Below the pieces are notes generated by a model. The model was not told where the DNA came from, ran no database searches, and worked only from the letters and a program-made list of their open reading frames with translations. A stretch of DNA of 64,000 bases from Bispira polyomma (Eukaryota). The DNA is taken from contig OZ287754.1 of NCBI GenBank assembly GCA_965649765.1, forward strand, positions 50,654,001-50,718,000, given 5' to 3'. Positions 12,381 to 25,928 of this stretch are shown here, in pieces. Position numbers and translations under genes: made by a program. How positions within the stretch are numbered: position 1 is the stretch's first letter; the number at the start of each line of letters is the position of its first letter.

Positions 12381-14826
12381 AATTATATGACAGTAGATAT
12401 CCGAGTAACAGTAATAAAGACAGCCCACATTATTACTAAATTGAGATGAGAAGCCTCTATTTCCATAGTTTTTAAATAAGTGAGTCTAGCAAGGCTAGTC
12501 TCACTCATTGATGGGATTGTGCAGATTTGGTGTTGTGACAGCATTTTCGTGAAATTGGCTCGAAAATTTAACTCCAAACCAGGTATCTTTTTTAATTCTA
12601 GGGTTAATGCAGTCAATTTGTTTTTTTTAAATAAAAACTATAATAACTGTTTTAAAAATCGTAAAAAATCTAGGTTGCTCTGACATAGGTTTGACCTATG
12701 TAGTCACATATTTCCCTTTCTAGGCTTTCCTTTCACACACAAAGAATTATGTGTGGAAGAGTACAAGTGTGCAGTGTGTGTGTGTGTAAAGTGGGGTGGG
12801 GGATGGGGAGGGGTGTCAGTGGTGGCTATGCTGTGTATGGGAATGACAAGGGTGTGTATGTGTGTGTGATGCCGAGTTGGTATCTTATACTGTGGAGGGT
12901 GTATGTTGGGCTAAGTGTGTTGATAAGTAATATTATCCTGCTTGAGTTAATTTTAATCTGAAGCATGTTAATAAAGTTTATTGGTATTATACTATCAAAT
13001 TAGTGTAATTTTATTATAAGAATAATGTTGGTGTCACTCTTGGAAATATTTAGAACCAGTGTTTAAAGTTAATTTACAATGAAATTTTCAGGCACAAAAT
13101 GGTATTTCAGCTCTACTTCACTTTCTAGCCTTGAAAATGGCCCGTATTTATAAAAACGGCCTATATATGCGAAAAATTAGTAACAATCTATCTCAGAACG
13201 CCATATATTCTATCAAGTGCGTACCACATGTATGCATTTTCAAAACACTCAATATAAGAGTTTATTTTAGTAAATGATACAGTTACAAACGATCTTCACG
13301 AGAATTGTTTACGTCATACATTTTGGAAGTGACCCCAGCGCCTCTAGCGAGTTCTACGTAACAATAAAGTTCCAGAGACCACGTTTACAAAAAAATTCGA
13401 AACAACGAGAAAACGGAAATCAACATTATTACTGACTACATACAGCCGACAACAAGGGAACCAAAATTTTGAACACCTTGTTAAAAGCACCGGTTTTTAC
13501 TATTACAATAAAAATGGCTGATTTTCCTCTTCAAAATGACTTTTTTTTTAGGTCTCCAACAAAATGGGCCCATGTTTTTAATGAATTAGTCTAACAAGGC
13601 TAGTCTCACTCATTGATGGGTTGGTGTGGATTTTGTGTTGCGACAGAGATGTCTCTGCTGTAAATCTTATTTTTTGGGGCCGATTTTGGGAGTGCCTTGC
13701 TTAAATTTCCAGTATAATGCAGTCGTTGAGTTGAACAAACTCTAATAAGGGTGCTAAATTGGTGACCTCGTTTGACATGGATTTGGCCTACATTTTACCG
13801 CACTTGTCATTGCAACCATGTTGTCATATTTGCGTATACATGGAGAAAGCCTGGCTCTGCCCACTTCCGGGTCTTACTAAAATAAAACTGGCTTCAAAGT
13901 CTTACTTGTATTTAAGCTTGAATATCTTTCATCAGATTTTGATGCAAAAAAAAAAAAAAGCTCACGAATCACAATAAAATGAGCTTTCTCATCTTATTTT
14001 GATGCAAATTGCCTAAAGGTTCATTAGGTTGACAGGCTGACATAATTACTGTTAGCGAACGAATACATGACCGATTTATTGGTCACTGATTGCTTGTTTT
14101 TTAAATAATAAAGAGAAAAAGAAATGATTTGGAAACAATTAAGAAAAAAGGAAATGAGAAACTCTTTGAAACCCCATATTATGAAACCCCATATCTTGAA
14201 AGTTTACAATAAAAAGCGTTTCTCATAGACAAAACAAACAAATTTCTGAGATATTTCTCTTCCAAACAAGTGGTCACACCACTTTTAGGGTTTGAACCCA
14301 GTTTTGTCCCCAAACAATTGGTTACACAAATGACAAATTTTGAAAAAGTGATCTATAACAGTGAATGGGCCATGAACTATCTATTGCTGGGGAATCTGTA
14401 TGTTATATATTATTGGGGTCCCCAGTAGGGATTTATAAATGTAAGGCCTTGGGTTCGAATCTGTTATAATAAGGGGTTTCTTTTATCAGTGTGTCTGTTT
14501 GGGTCAAGTTACAAGTTACAAGTTTGGTGGGGGTCTGCTATGTTTCAGTGGTGGGCCGCAAAATATTACATGAATAGGTGGTGGCTTTGAACCCGGGGTA
14601 TTGTTTTGTGTGAGTTGTGTTTGGGTTAATGGGTGAGGGGTGTAACAAATAGCTTAGGCATTGTTTTTGAAATATTTGGGTGATCCTGAAAAGGACCTTT
14701 TTTTGGTTACAGCACAGCTTGAGGTGGCATCTCATCATACTCGGGGGGTTCGGCTCAGGCTCAGGTGGCTTCTCATCAGGCTCAGGTAAAAGTTTATATT
14801 CACTCATTTTGCCAGGGACTGCCCCC

Positions 14827-15660
14827 TCATTCATGAAGTAGTCCATCAATTTGTCCCTTTGCTGTTTTGCCCCGGTAGTTGCATTTCTGTTTTCTTTGCC
14901 GGGTTGATTCCCCATCAGGTTCTCCACGGATGCCGCACCGGTTTCTCAAAATGTTATGCAGTATCACGCAAGTTAAAGTCTGATTTGATGTAACCAATGG
15001 ATGCTGTTGCATGGTGGTCAGTAGAAGCCGGAACCTGCTGATCCATATTCCGAAGGCATTCTCGACCACCCTCCTTCCCCTTGATATCCTGTAATTCCAT
15101 ATCCTCCGGTGGTTGGTCAGGGCTCTCCTTGAATAAAGCTTTATTAACCAGATTTTAGGGCGGAGGCGTCGTCCCCTAGCAGAAAATAGCTAACATCACG
15201 TTGAGATCCCTCAAAAAGTGGTGCTGGACTGGGCCGCCCGATAAATCCATCTTCTATTTTCTTCTGAGTTCTGAGTGGTTGAAAATGTGGGGGTCAGAAC
15301 AGCACCACTGCAGCCAATGTCCACCCAAATGAACTTGTAATCAGCATCAACCAGGGCTAAGAGGACTATTGAGTGGTAGCCCTTATAGTTGAAAAATTCA
15401 CTCCCAGCCTTGGGCAGTTTCTTTATGGCTACATGTTTTCCATCAATAGATCCCACAGCATGAGGGATGTTCCATCGGTTTCTAAAGACTTCCTCAGTTT
15501 CAACCAGTCATCGGGGGTGGTTGGGCAGGCTAGATTTTCAGTCTCGTATTCCTTCATGGTGGCCATACAGACCTCTGGGATGAACTTTGTGATTGTTGAT
15601 TTTCCCACCCTAAACTGATATGACAAGAAACTGTAGCTCTACCTGGTGGCCAGGTGACTG
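14827..15660 (-). pseudogene. Harbinger (HARBI1-like) DDE transposase, frameshifted and N-terminally deleted
   Basis: [65 protein letters not shown]. Confidence 0.9.
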
Positions 15661-16249
15661 CAAGTTTTAGTCCCAACATCCAAGGGCCTAATATACTAGG
15701 TTGTGGATCTCTTGACATGTAGTGATATCCTGTCCTTTATTATCCTGTCTTGCGTTCAATTCCTGTTGAGCCTGAGCCTGAGCATTATACTCAGTTAGTT
15801 ACTCAATATTACATAACTTTTAGGACCCAAAAAGGGTATTTATAGGGCCAGAGAGCAATTCTGTAGCAGTCCCGACTTCATTTTTAAAAAGTTGAATCCT
15901 ATAGGTCTGGATCACCAATCCGTCAGATAGTTTTGGCAATACGTTTGATCTTGGGGTGATACGTCAGATCCTAACATAAAAAAATTCAATCCTACCAGTG
16001 TCGGGAAGGTCGGGGAATCTAGGAGTTCGGAATCGTAAATCCTTTAAGTTTGATCAAGTCGAGGTCCCGTTAAAATGGGGCGCAATCAGTTTGATCTGGA
16101 AGGTCGGGACACATTTTCATTTTCCCACCCAAAAAATGGATTTCATCAACTTTTTGCCCCCGACCGTTTTGCCGATCAAACTTGAATGTGGAATGACCCC
16201 TTAAACATAACAACAGGTTACAAGGAGCTTCACGCAATGACATTCAGTC

Positions 16250-17420
16250 ATTACATTATACTATTTATATAGCGCTTTATTAAGTCTATTCAAAGCGCTC
16301 ACTGTAGCTCTGATTGAATAAGAAGGTTTTTAGGTGGTCTTTTTGAAGTCATCGATTTTGTCCATTTTTCTGAGCTAGAAATGTAAGGAGTTCTACAATT
16401 TGGGGGCAAGTGCACGGAATGCTCTTTTACGGTAAAATTTTGTGTTGTATCTTATCTCTTTAAGGGTGAACTGTTTTTCAGATCTTAATGATCAATTTGG
16501 TGTATACCACTCTAATAAGGCAGAGAGATAGTCTGGACGGAGTCCATTTAGCACTTTGAAAACAAGCTGTACTAAATTCTTTGTTTCATTTTGAGCCAGT
16601 GAAGTTGTTTTAATATTGGAGTGATGTGGTCATATCTAGTTTTTGTAGTCTATCGATCTGGTAAGCAGGTAAACCGACAAGTAGGGGATTACCGTAATCC
16701 ATTTTGGAAATTACTAGTGTGTAAACTAAGGGTTGGGTCACTTTTATGGTTAGATATGGACGTAAAGGGTGGATGTTCTTGATCTGAGGGAAAGTTTTTT
16801 TGCAGACTGCGGATATGTGTTTATTGAGTGTAAGGTGGTCATCAATAATTACCCCCAGGTTTTTGGCTGATGTACTTGACTGTATTTCATTATTGTCGAT
16901 CTTGATTGTTGGTCTGGTTGGTGAATGTGGTTTAAATTTGATGATCATGAATTTTGTCTTATCATCGTTGAGCTTCAGTTTATTGTTTGACATCCAGGAC
17001 ACGATTTCTTAGACAGTTGTCAACTGCATCAAAGAGTTGGTTTTCTCCTTCAGATGACCTTTGATTGTAGCCAGGACGTGTGTAATAGTTGTATAATCAA
17101 GAACCTAGGCCTGAGCCTTATGGTACACCGCCAAGTTTACATCCTTCTAAGAGAGCACCATTGATAACAATCCTTTACCTTTGGTTAGACGATTAGTAGG
17201 TACAGAACCACTGCAGTGGTGTTTCGCTAAAACCATAGACTGACTGGCGTCTGTGTAAAAGAATGGAATGATCAACAGTCTCGAAAGCTGTGCTGAGATC
17301 CAAAAGGGTAAGCGGTACTAAATTTTTATTGTCCAGCTCTAGCAAAATGTCTTTGAATATTTTAATAAGGGCCTTGATTGTGCTGTATTTGCTGCGATAG
17401 TCATTAGGTGAAAACACAAC
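16250..17420 (-). mobile_element. 5'-truncated L2-type LINE relic (RT)
   Basis: LLDLSTAFETVDH, WMSNNKLKLNDDKT, KNLGVIID, SKMDYGN; L2-like 3' end 'gagcgctttgaa..aaagcgctatataaata' on - at 16262-16302. Confidence 0.85.
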
Positions 17421-17469
17421 AATAGTAAAAGGTTCGACCCGTGACTGTTTCAAATTAGGATATCAATGG

Positions 17470-19460
17470 AATAATGAGAAATATATTCATTTGAGCTGGA
17501 CGTTTGGTCCATGGAACGGCGGTGTTTATAAAAGCTTCTGATTCAATAGTTAATATGTTACAACACAATGGTTATAAAACGTTTAACTACAATTTTTTTA
17601 TTTGTGAACGAGAAGATAAGGCTACTTGAGCTTACCAAGCACTTCAAGCACTTCACTGCATGAAATTTTACACGATTTAGGTGTGCCAATTAACGAGAAC
17701 AAGCTAGTGGCCCATGAGTTACATGCATAGGCATCACAATCGACATTAATAAAGAAGCGCTCAGCATAGACGATGATAAATTGGCATCTATATATGAAGT
17801 GTGTAAAAGTTTTAGATGGCTAACTAGAGTGAAAAAGAATAACTACCAACCATTAATGGGTAAGCTATTATATATTCATTGATGCATAAAACGTTCTCAC
17901 ATTTTTATAAATAGAATGTTGGCTTTGCTAAGAAATAAAAGAAGTAACAGTAACATATAATTAACAACAGAGTTTCATAAAGACCTAAACTGGTTCCTAA
18001 AATTTCTCAAAGTTTTCAACGTAAGTGACGTTTAATGACAAATACAAAACCACGACATCCTACTACACGTTGATGCCTGCTTGAAAAGCATAGGTGGGAT
18101 GTCAAATGAGAGCCTTTTCAAAACGACTCTACCTATCTTATTAATCAAAACTTGTCCATTGTCCATTTAGAGATGATTAGTGTACTAATCACTTTTAAGT
18201 TATGGTGTAAGGATCAAATAGTAACAATTTGATCTGATAACATGACAGGGATATCAGAAGTGCAGTCTTCGAGAATGAGAGACTATTTTCTAAGCTTTTG
18301 CTTGGTCTCTGTGCACAGAAAACAACATAGAAATAATGATAGAAGATGTATGCGGTAAAGGTAATGTATTAGAAGACACGTTGTCACAATTTAGGACGTT
18401 ATAGTGACCAAATCAAGACTATTATATATGACAATTTTACAGTATATGATGTACCAATTGACATGTTTATTTTAGACAATTCTATATAATTCTAGGTACA
18501 TCACAAACAGTGAGACCACTATTAACACAGGCAATGGACAGACTAAGAGACAGCTATCGACCTAGAACAAAGAGACAATATGACAGTCAATTCCGAATGT
18601 ATCTAGCATTCACAATTTATTACAACATTGAAAACACTTTTAGTTTAGACAATAATATGTTCCATGGAATTTTTGTAACAGAGTGGTATATCACATAAAG
18701 TAGTCAATAACTACCTATCTGCAATAATGGCAAACTGCAAGTTGTTGAACATACAAACACCTAACTTAATGGATCTAAACATTTCTTGGTATCAGAAATC
18801 ACTACAAATCAACTCTTCATTCAAACCTATAATTATAGAAGTGTTTAACTTAAACAACTACAGAACATTTCTCAGGCTTGTGAATAAACTGATTACCCTG
18901 AGCTATATAGAATTGCATTTCTAATGTCATTCTTCGGGGTCATGAGAATGTTAAATTTGATCCCAACGACCTCTGGTACTTTTGACCTTTCAAGACACAT
19001 CACAAGGTCTGATATAATTTTTGCTGCACCAGGAATACACTTGATATTGAAGCGGTCCAAGACCAATCAAACAATGTCAACACCAAATATGATACAACTT
19101 CCAGAAATTAGAAATCAGTGGTTTTGCCCAGTAGGAGCTACTAAATTATTGTTAAAAGCTTGCCATTTTTCTCCTCAATCTCTATTGTTTACACATCCTT
19201 TATTAAGAGGACTGTGTGTTACAGATTTGAGTTTAAGGAAAACACTGAAAACAATTTTGGAATGGTTGAATATCCCATATAAATGGCACTTATTTCATTT
19301 CTTCAGGAGTTCAGGAGCGTCGTTAGCATTCAACAACGATTTTTAGTTACAATATATATTTAAAAGCATGGATCCTAGAAATCTGATACAGTTTGGAAAT
19401 ATTTACAAACTATTTCTCACGCCTCTTCCATCATCCCCTCTACCGTTTTCCCTTTAATTC
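17470..19460 (+). mobile_element. Old degenerate Ngaro-type YR retrotransposon (RT, RNase H, tyrosine recombinase)
   Basis: Collinear with the 43256-49282 element: LGVPINENK, CIGITID, DLNWFLKFL, HVDACLKSIGG, LSIVHLEM; YR FFGVMRMLNLIP..RHITRSDIIFAAPGIHLILK..HFFRSSGAS. Confidence 0.85.
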
Positions 19461-20673
19461 ATTTAAATTTTTTTACACAAAATTCTTTTGTAAAGCTGTA
19501 TATAGAGGTAAGTGTAAATAAATCTTATCCCAAACATGCATCAGACTTCTTTACTTCATGAACTTTCATAATGTACTATTAAAGTTACAGTTACATGTAT
19601 CAAGATTAAACTAGTATTTATAATGTACTATTAAATGTGGCCTTCAGATATAGCAAGGTCAAACTAGTATTATTAAGTAAACCATGGCAAGCGACTGTGC
19701 AAACTTGCATTAGAAAAAGTATTTATGTTAAGGCTTCTTGCATGATCCTCTTTAAGTGTCTTTGTATAGGCATAGAACACTAAATGGACTACCCAAATCC
19801 TTACAGGGTTTTACATCATCCTTATTGTTGTGAGGAATATATAGATTGGGAATAAAAAGTTAGCTGCATGAAATTACGACTTCTAAAGTTCCTTTGCAAA
19901 AATTATTTTGTCTTCGACCCATACTTTGTGCTCACTTGTGTGCTCTCTAATATTACTTACCTGACGCTTTATCTGACTTATGTGGGATTATAATTAGAGT
20001 GCTATTGGTCATTTCTGATATTTAGAATCAAAGTCCTTGGACATGCGAGGGTCATCAGGAAATAGCATGCTAACCTGGGTGGTAAGGTTACCTAAAAGCT
20101 TTTAGAATAAGAAAAATTTAAGTCTTCCCTAAAAAAACTGAATGAACTTGTTATAATATCCAGAGAAGTATCTCTTGACGTCTATATTCCCTTTGAACAT
20201 GGGTACTTTGAGATATTTGAGGTCGGAGATACTTAAACTAGTGTTTTTGGCAGAGGTGTATATAGATGGATAATAGCATTAGACACTAATGTATGAAGGT
20301 TTTCCAAAGTGTAATGTGTTGTGGATGATAAGATGAAGTAGATAGATTATTCTTTGCAAGAAATCAGAATTTGTACAAATTCATTTGTGTAGGTCACTTG
20401 GTTTTTTTGGCTCCATTCTTCAAGCTCGCATGTACATATATATGCACATTATGCTGGGAGTTCATCACCTTGTAGAACCCCATTAACTGAACACATTGGG
20501 AGAGCAAAATAAAGTTCACAAAAACAAGGATGCATGTTGGTACAAAGAGTTCAAAAACACAAATTTGGGAGAGAGAAAGTGTGTTAATAAATTTGTATAT
20601 TCAGATAATTGAAGTTGAGATAATAGTTCTGGGCAATTTTCTGAGGATGATTAGATTTCATTACTTTTTATTA

Positions 20674-20906
20674 GTATCTGTTTCCATCTGAGCAACGTTG
20701 ATAATCGGCAGGCAATCCAAGGAAATTGCCTAGCATATCACATGTTGCCGTAAACATTGCCTTTTTGTTATATAATATTAATCAGCAACACACACATTTC
20801 TTTCTGAAATCACTGGCAAATTACTTGGATGGAAACATAAAAATTTTCAATGGCTGTCAAACATAGGCCGATTGCTGTCGCCCATTGATGGCATGGAAAC
20901 ATAGAC
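20674..20906. mobile_element. PIF/Harbinger-type MITE
   Basis: Imperfect TIR gtatctgtttccat / atggaaacatagac, flanked on both sides by TTA (20671-20673, 20907-20909). Confidence 0.65.
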
Positions 20907-21131
20907 TTACACACTTAAATCTGACACCAAAGTATACTAGATTTAAGCCGGTAACACTTGGCAAAGTCGGTTAGTGAATACATGCCCCTGCTGCAGTTAT
21001 TCCCCATTTTGAAAAGCAACTTCAAGGAGCCCATGTGCTTAAAATGTTTGAAGAAGTCAGTTTGACCTTTCACCCTGCTACCAAAGGAATATTCATTTTT
21101 ACAATACCATAATTTTTCATCTTGAATATTA

Positions 21132-21719
21132 GCTTATGCTTCCTTTTAGCACACTTCAACATCGGCCGATTAAAAGTCGTCCGATCCGATCGGACGTCGG
21201 CCGATGTTGTGCTTCCTTTCATCTGATATATACTCAAAATTCGTCGGATGTTGACGCAGAAAATGGCTGGACAAAGCTTATTTTTATTGTGATTACTGTG
21301 GTTTTTTTCCACCAAAATCTGTTGGTCATTATGATGTTTCTGTGATGTAACATTCAAAGTAGACGGGAAGTTAAGTGGGGTACTATCTATGAACTTAAAT
21401 ATCTCGGCCATTTCTCAACGGATTTTGATTAGAAAAAACACTGTAATCACAAAAAAATAAGCTTTCTCATGCCATTATCAACGTCAACATCCGATGAATA
21501 TTTTATATATATCGGATGAAACGTATACCTGACAGTGTATTTGTTCATTTTTGTTCAAAAATCTGACCAACCTCCCGATTTTTTCGCTCCCTGACTAATA
21601 AAATATATTGGGGCAACAGTTCTGATCTGATGCAAATATGCTAAAAATAAGTGCTTGGTAGTATTGTATAATGACCGATAAAATCGGTCGAGAAAAACAT
21701 GCTGAAAGGAAGCGTGGGC
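21132..21719. mobile_element. PIF/Harbinger-type MITE with CGAT-rich palindromic subterminal motifs
   Basis: TIR gcttatgcttccttttagca / tgctgaaaggaagcgtgggc with TTA on both flanks; internal hairpin 'aacatcggccga..gtccgatccgatcggac.tcggccgatgtt'. Confidence 0.72.
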
Positions 21720-22319
21720 TTAGTTCTGGCAATGGTATTTTAGTTATACAAACTTTGCAGTTATGTTCTACTTAAATATTTCCTAAAATAAATGGAGTCT
21801 AGTGCAACCCTCCACATGGCTCATTTTTTTAAATCTTTAGATTCAAATCTAAGTTACTACATGCCTTTTAATCATAAAATACCCCTTAATAAAAAGGACA
21901 GTTTAATCAACACCAGTGAAAATACGAACTGGCTTGTGTTGATACCATTGATATAGATATCATTTTGGTTCACCTTGCTTCACTATGTTTTGGTGCTGCA
22001 TCCATACATCATGAGCTAGAATTGTTTCTTGCATCAAGATAACAGACCGAGATTATGTCCCCCCCCCAAAAAAAAAAAAAAAAAAAAAAATAGTAATACT
22101 AATAAATAATAAAAAAATATATTAATCTTTGAAACTTTTGCTGGAATATATTTATATACTAATCACATTTTTATTATCACAATACTATATTTTGGTCACT
22201 ACTATGGTAATATGTGATAGACATATAATTATCACCTACAACAACTGGCAAAAGTGAAGAAAATACAACTTTTAAGAAAAGTGATGATCTCAATACTGAT
22301 GTTTGTGCTTTGATGTAAG

Positions 22320-22535
22320 TAGGGTAGGCCATCTAAAAATTCGCCACCTGGAAAATGTTGGTGTTTTTAGTGAAATTGTGGGTAATATATTTGCTAAAAT
22401 TAAGATTTTTGTGAGTATTTTGCCTTAGTTATCCGAATTGTAGTTATTTTTCGCCCAGTTAGTAAGAATTTGTTTTAGGTTTTAGGAGGTGGCGAATTTC
22501 AGATACAGTGGTGAATTTTAGATTCCTTACTCCTA
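22320..22535. mobile_element. Small TIR element (MITE); a fragment of the same family lies at ~32120-32165
   Basis: tagggtaggccatctaaaaattcgccac ... gtggtgaattttagattccttactccta inverted ends; 'ggcgaatttcagat.cagtggtgaat..agattccttactc' shared with 32122. Confidence 0.55.
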
Positions 22536-23298
22536 GTAGGTGTTTTTTTCTTTTGAGTAGCTCATCTTGTGAGTCTTATCTGTCTTGGCAGAAAGGTAAT
22601 GAAAAACTCTTTAAACTCGTTCCTGTGGATGGCATTTGTATTTCAGTAAGGATGTATATGAGCAGTACTTTGAGTAAGTATACATATGTCCTTCTTGGTT
22701 ATGTAAACATTCAAGCTTTTTCTTACAGAGCTATAGGAATCTGTACACACAGGAGGTTCAACAAACACATTTTTTTGCAATCTGTAGTATTTGTAGAGAT
22801 AGCCATTTTTTACATCTGACCCATTTTCCAAAATGGCATGTGCATTCCATAGTCATTTCAACATCAGTATATAACTGTAGCACTCTGTGATAATATGATT
22901 TTCTCTTTTAACAAAACAGCCCTAGTCTTTGAAAATTCTATACATTTTGAGTGGAAATCTTGCAGGGTACATGTCTTTTCAACTGGATACCAAGCTGTAG
23001 TGCTAAAAACACACTCGCTTCCCACCTCTGCAGTTGTGGGTTTGAATATTAGCCCTGGTCTGTATGTGGGAAAGGACTTTTTCCCTTTAGCTCACCTGTT
23101 AGTGTGGGGGACTATTAATTTCGACAGCCATGACAACCCCAGGATCGAATCCCTCAGTAGGAAGCCAGTTGAAAGTGGCAGTCATTTTCCCCAAGATAAT
23201 GGCAGTGCAAAGAGCAAGTTAGGCCATGAGATAAAGTGAAATGCAAGGCAGGTTGGTGCAAGACCTTTTATTACTACACACAGACTCGTACAAATGCA

Positions 23299-23569
23299 GG
23301 GGCCGCGGTGGCTTAGTGGTTAGCAAGCATTGCACTTCACAATCACTGGTCTCTCACCTCTGGGATCGGCTGGCATGGGTTCGACTTCCGTCAATGCCTG
23401 TGCGGGAAAGGTGGTAGTTCCTTACTGTGGGCCGCTGGTTTCAGTGCAGAACCTTGATCAACTGTATGCAGTGTTTCCTCCAGCGTTTCCAACTACCCGT
23501 CCCAATATAACCTAAACAGGTACTAGAGTGGATGTTAAATATCCCAATTCAAAAAAAAAAAAAAAAAAA
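23299..23569 (+). mobile_element. Full-length tRNA-derived SINE (Meta-SINE-like body) with poly(A) tail and 13-bp TSD
   Basis: A-box ggtggcttagtgg, B-box ggttcgact, A19 tail 23551-23569; TSD t(c/t)gtacaaatgca at 23286-23298 and 23570-23582. Confidence 0.88.
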
Positions 23570-23744
23570 TTGTACAAATGCAACACTTAACAACACACTC
23601 TAAAATAAGTAATTATAAAATAAAGTTATGCTAAATTTAAAAGGCCCCGAGTGAAAGTAACAACACAGAACTGACCGATGCGGTAAGAGTATGGTGAAGT
23701 ACTGATACAGATGTACAGTATTTTAGGGATCAAATAGAAGACAT

Positions 23745-24010
23745 TATTATTATTGAAGCATCTTTATAGTGCCTTATTGATATTTCATTCTATAAGGCGC
23801 TTATTCTCTGAAGGGGATAGCCTGGGTCATCGTCATTAGGCAATGGTGTGTTCACATCTTGCCCAAGGATGTTACCCTACCACTAAATCTAACGGCTTCA
23901 GTGGGAGTTGAACCGGGGACTTTCCGATTACCAGACCAATAGCCCCAAGTGGGAATCGAACCAGTAACCTTCTGATCACTTACTCTCTAACTACTAGGCC
24001 ACATAAGACC
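23745..24010 (-). mobile_element. tRNA-derived SINE (V-SINE-like core, L2-type 3' tail) with duplicated B-box
   Basis: On -: gtggcctagtagttag A-box, ggttcgattccc and ggttcaactccc B-boxes, 'catccttgggcaagatgtgaacac' core, (AAT)n tail. Confidence 0.72.
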
Positions 24011-25749
24011 GCATAAAGTTACTGGTGACAAGGTTTGGTAAAAGAAGTCCTGGAATTGATTATTATTGTGACCATTATTCTGCACATAACTCCATGTAGT
24101 ATGATTTCACATCTGCCATAAGCTTTATCTGGCATTTACTTTTGGAATGCTTGTCTACTGACATCATCCACTATATAACAAAGCTTTGGGCTTGTAAAAA
24201 GTATGTATGTATATATATTCAGCTAAAATTCGTACTCAACTCGCATCTGCATTCTCTCTATAACTCTGGATACAGTAAAAAAAGTCTAAAATCCAACTTC
24301 AGATTTGAGTTTAGTGTTAAAAGCTCTATTAAAATGAATGGTCACAAGTATAGGTTATTTCAATGTACAAATAGCCTCTATATTTGAGTTAAGTGTGAGT
24401 TTAAGTAGTCGAGAATATCAGTCCTGCTGCACATTCTTTTGGGCCTGTATATATCCCAAAATGCCTTACACTTAAGACCACAATAATGTAAAAAACATAA
24501 CCTAACATATCTTTGTGTACAAGAATAATATGGAATATCTGGCTGTATATTCGAATTCCTTCCTGAAAGCAATATTAGAACGAATCATAGCACATCAAGT
24601 TTATTTCCATTAATAAGGTATTTTTGGAAATATAAGTGAAATACCTCTAATAAAATATGGTCCTCGGGTATTTTTTTCTAAAGGCTCTGTATTCTGTGCC
24701 AAGTACAAGGTCATCTGTGATGAACCAAGAAGGTGTTGTTAGCAGACCTTGAGTAAACAAGTTCCTATGTTTTACAGTAGAATCTCTATTATCTGAATTT
24801 ATGTTGTCTAAATATTTGATTGCATGAACATATTTACATTTTTCCAAATTTAAAGTGCCTCTTCTCTATCGTATGAACCTTCTATTATTCGAAGAAAAAT
24901 TGCTCTTGCAACAAGTTCGAATAAAAGAGGTTCTGCAGTGTATTTACAAGACCTTTATTTGTCAAAGGTTTTAAACTGGGTCATGAATAATAGGACTTCT
25001 ATTGTCTAAAAATTGGATTTTACTCCAAGGTTCATGTTTTCCTTATTTTTTTTGTGAATGCATCTTTCATGATTCTTCTATTATCTGAACGGAATATCAT
25101 TCTCCCAAAATGATTTGGATAAACACTACATAAACTTTACATTGCATCACATCACAAATAAGGTTGAAAAGTTTAACAACAAATTTGAATGAGGTTGAAG
25201 TCACTCCATTTCTAGGCTGTTTAAGAATATTCGTCATAATTAATAATGAATTTCTTTAAATTCAGATGGTTCACCTATAAACACTAAAAAAATCCATTCA
25301 TATTTTAGCAGCACTTTCAAAAAAATGTAGATATCATTAGACCAGTTACAGTTAAATTTAGAATTACATGTGTTATCTAAGAATTAGAGCTATTCTTTTC
25401 CTAATCTTCTGAGTATTTGGTAGAGTTTTGTAGGTAAAAAAAAATCTGTTTTTGTAGTTCTTGTTGAGGGAATCTGGACAAAGTAGGTTGATATACAGCG
25501 ATCCATTTAGTTCTGGAGTGCTATAGTTTCTGCGGTTTTTATCCGGTACTGCCGGATCTTGTTTTCATTCTGAAAAGGGCACCACTGCCATCTTAGTAAT
25601 AAAATGTAAGGTCTTGATGGATTGGTTTTGAAAGCAATCTGAGAGGTGTCAGATACATATTGATATCAGGCGCAGCCTGCTAGAGTGTAGTGGCCATATC
25701 AATGTTAGTGTATTTCACTATATTGTGTGTCTGTGTATTTTTTCAAAAG

Positions 25750-25928
25750 ACAACTCTTGTTGTGTTGTTGTTTGTTTTCTAGCTAAGGAAGCTACTCGAA
25801 GGAAGCAGTAGTAGTAGTAGCATTCACTGCATCTCGGGAGAACATATATTTCTCTTGGAATTTGTGTACAAAGGAAAAGCAGTCAGCAGACAGTTAGGAA
25901 CTACTTTTAGTAGCTTAAGTTTCAGAAG
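25750..25928 (+). other. Probable non-coding first exon (5' UTR) of the CSRP/MLP gene; start approximate
   Basis: Strong donor AAG|GTGAGT at 25929; the ATG-containing exon begins with an acceptor (ttccag, 30922), so an upstream exon is required; unique non-repeat sequence. Confidence 0.5.

Larger units (their letters stand above)
10410..16200. mobile_element. PIF/Harbinger DNA transposon relic with convergent Myb/MADF-like gene and DDE transposase; left terminus not found
   Basis: Both Harbinger genes are present; GATC-rich subterminal zones at 10430-10850 and 15880-16190; the right end '...gaatgtggaatgacccc' is followed by TTA (16201-16203). Confidence 0.75.

Noticed and set aside
12780-12910. 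G-quadruplex-like GT/G-rich tract
   Set aside because: Simple low-complexity sequence inside a transposon relic, with no supporting context.
23299-23390. tRNA gene
   Set aside because: A/B boxes only, no convincing cloverleaf; it continues into a SINE body with poly(A) and TSD.
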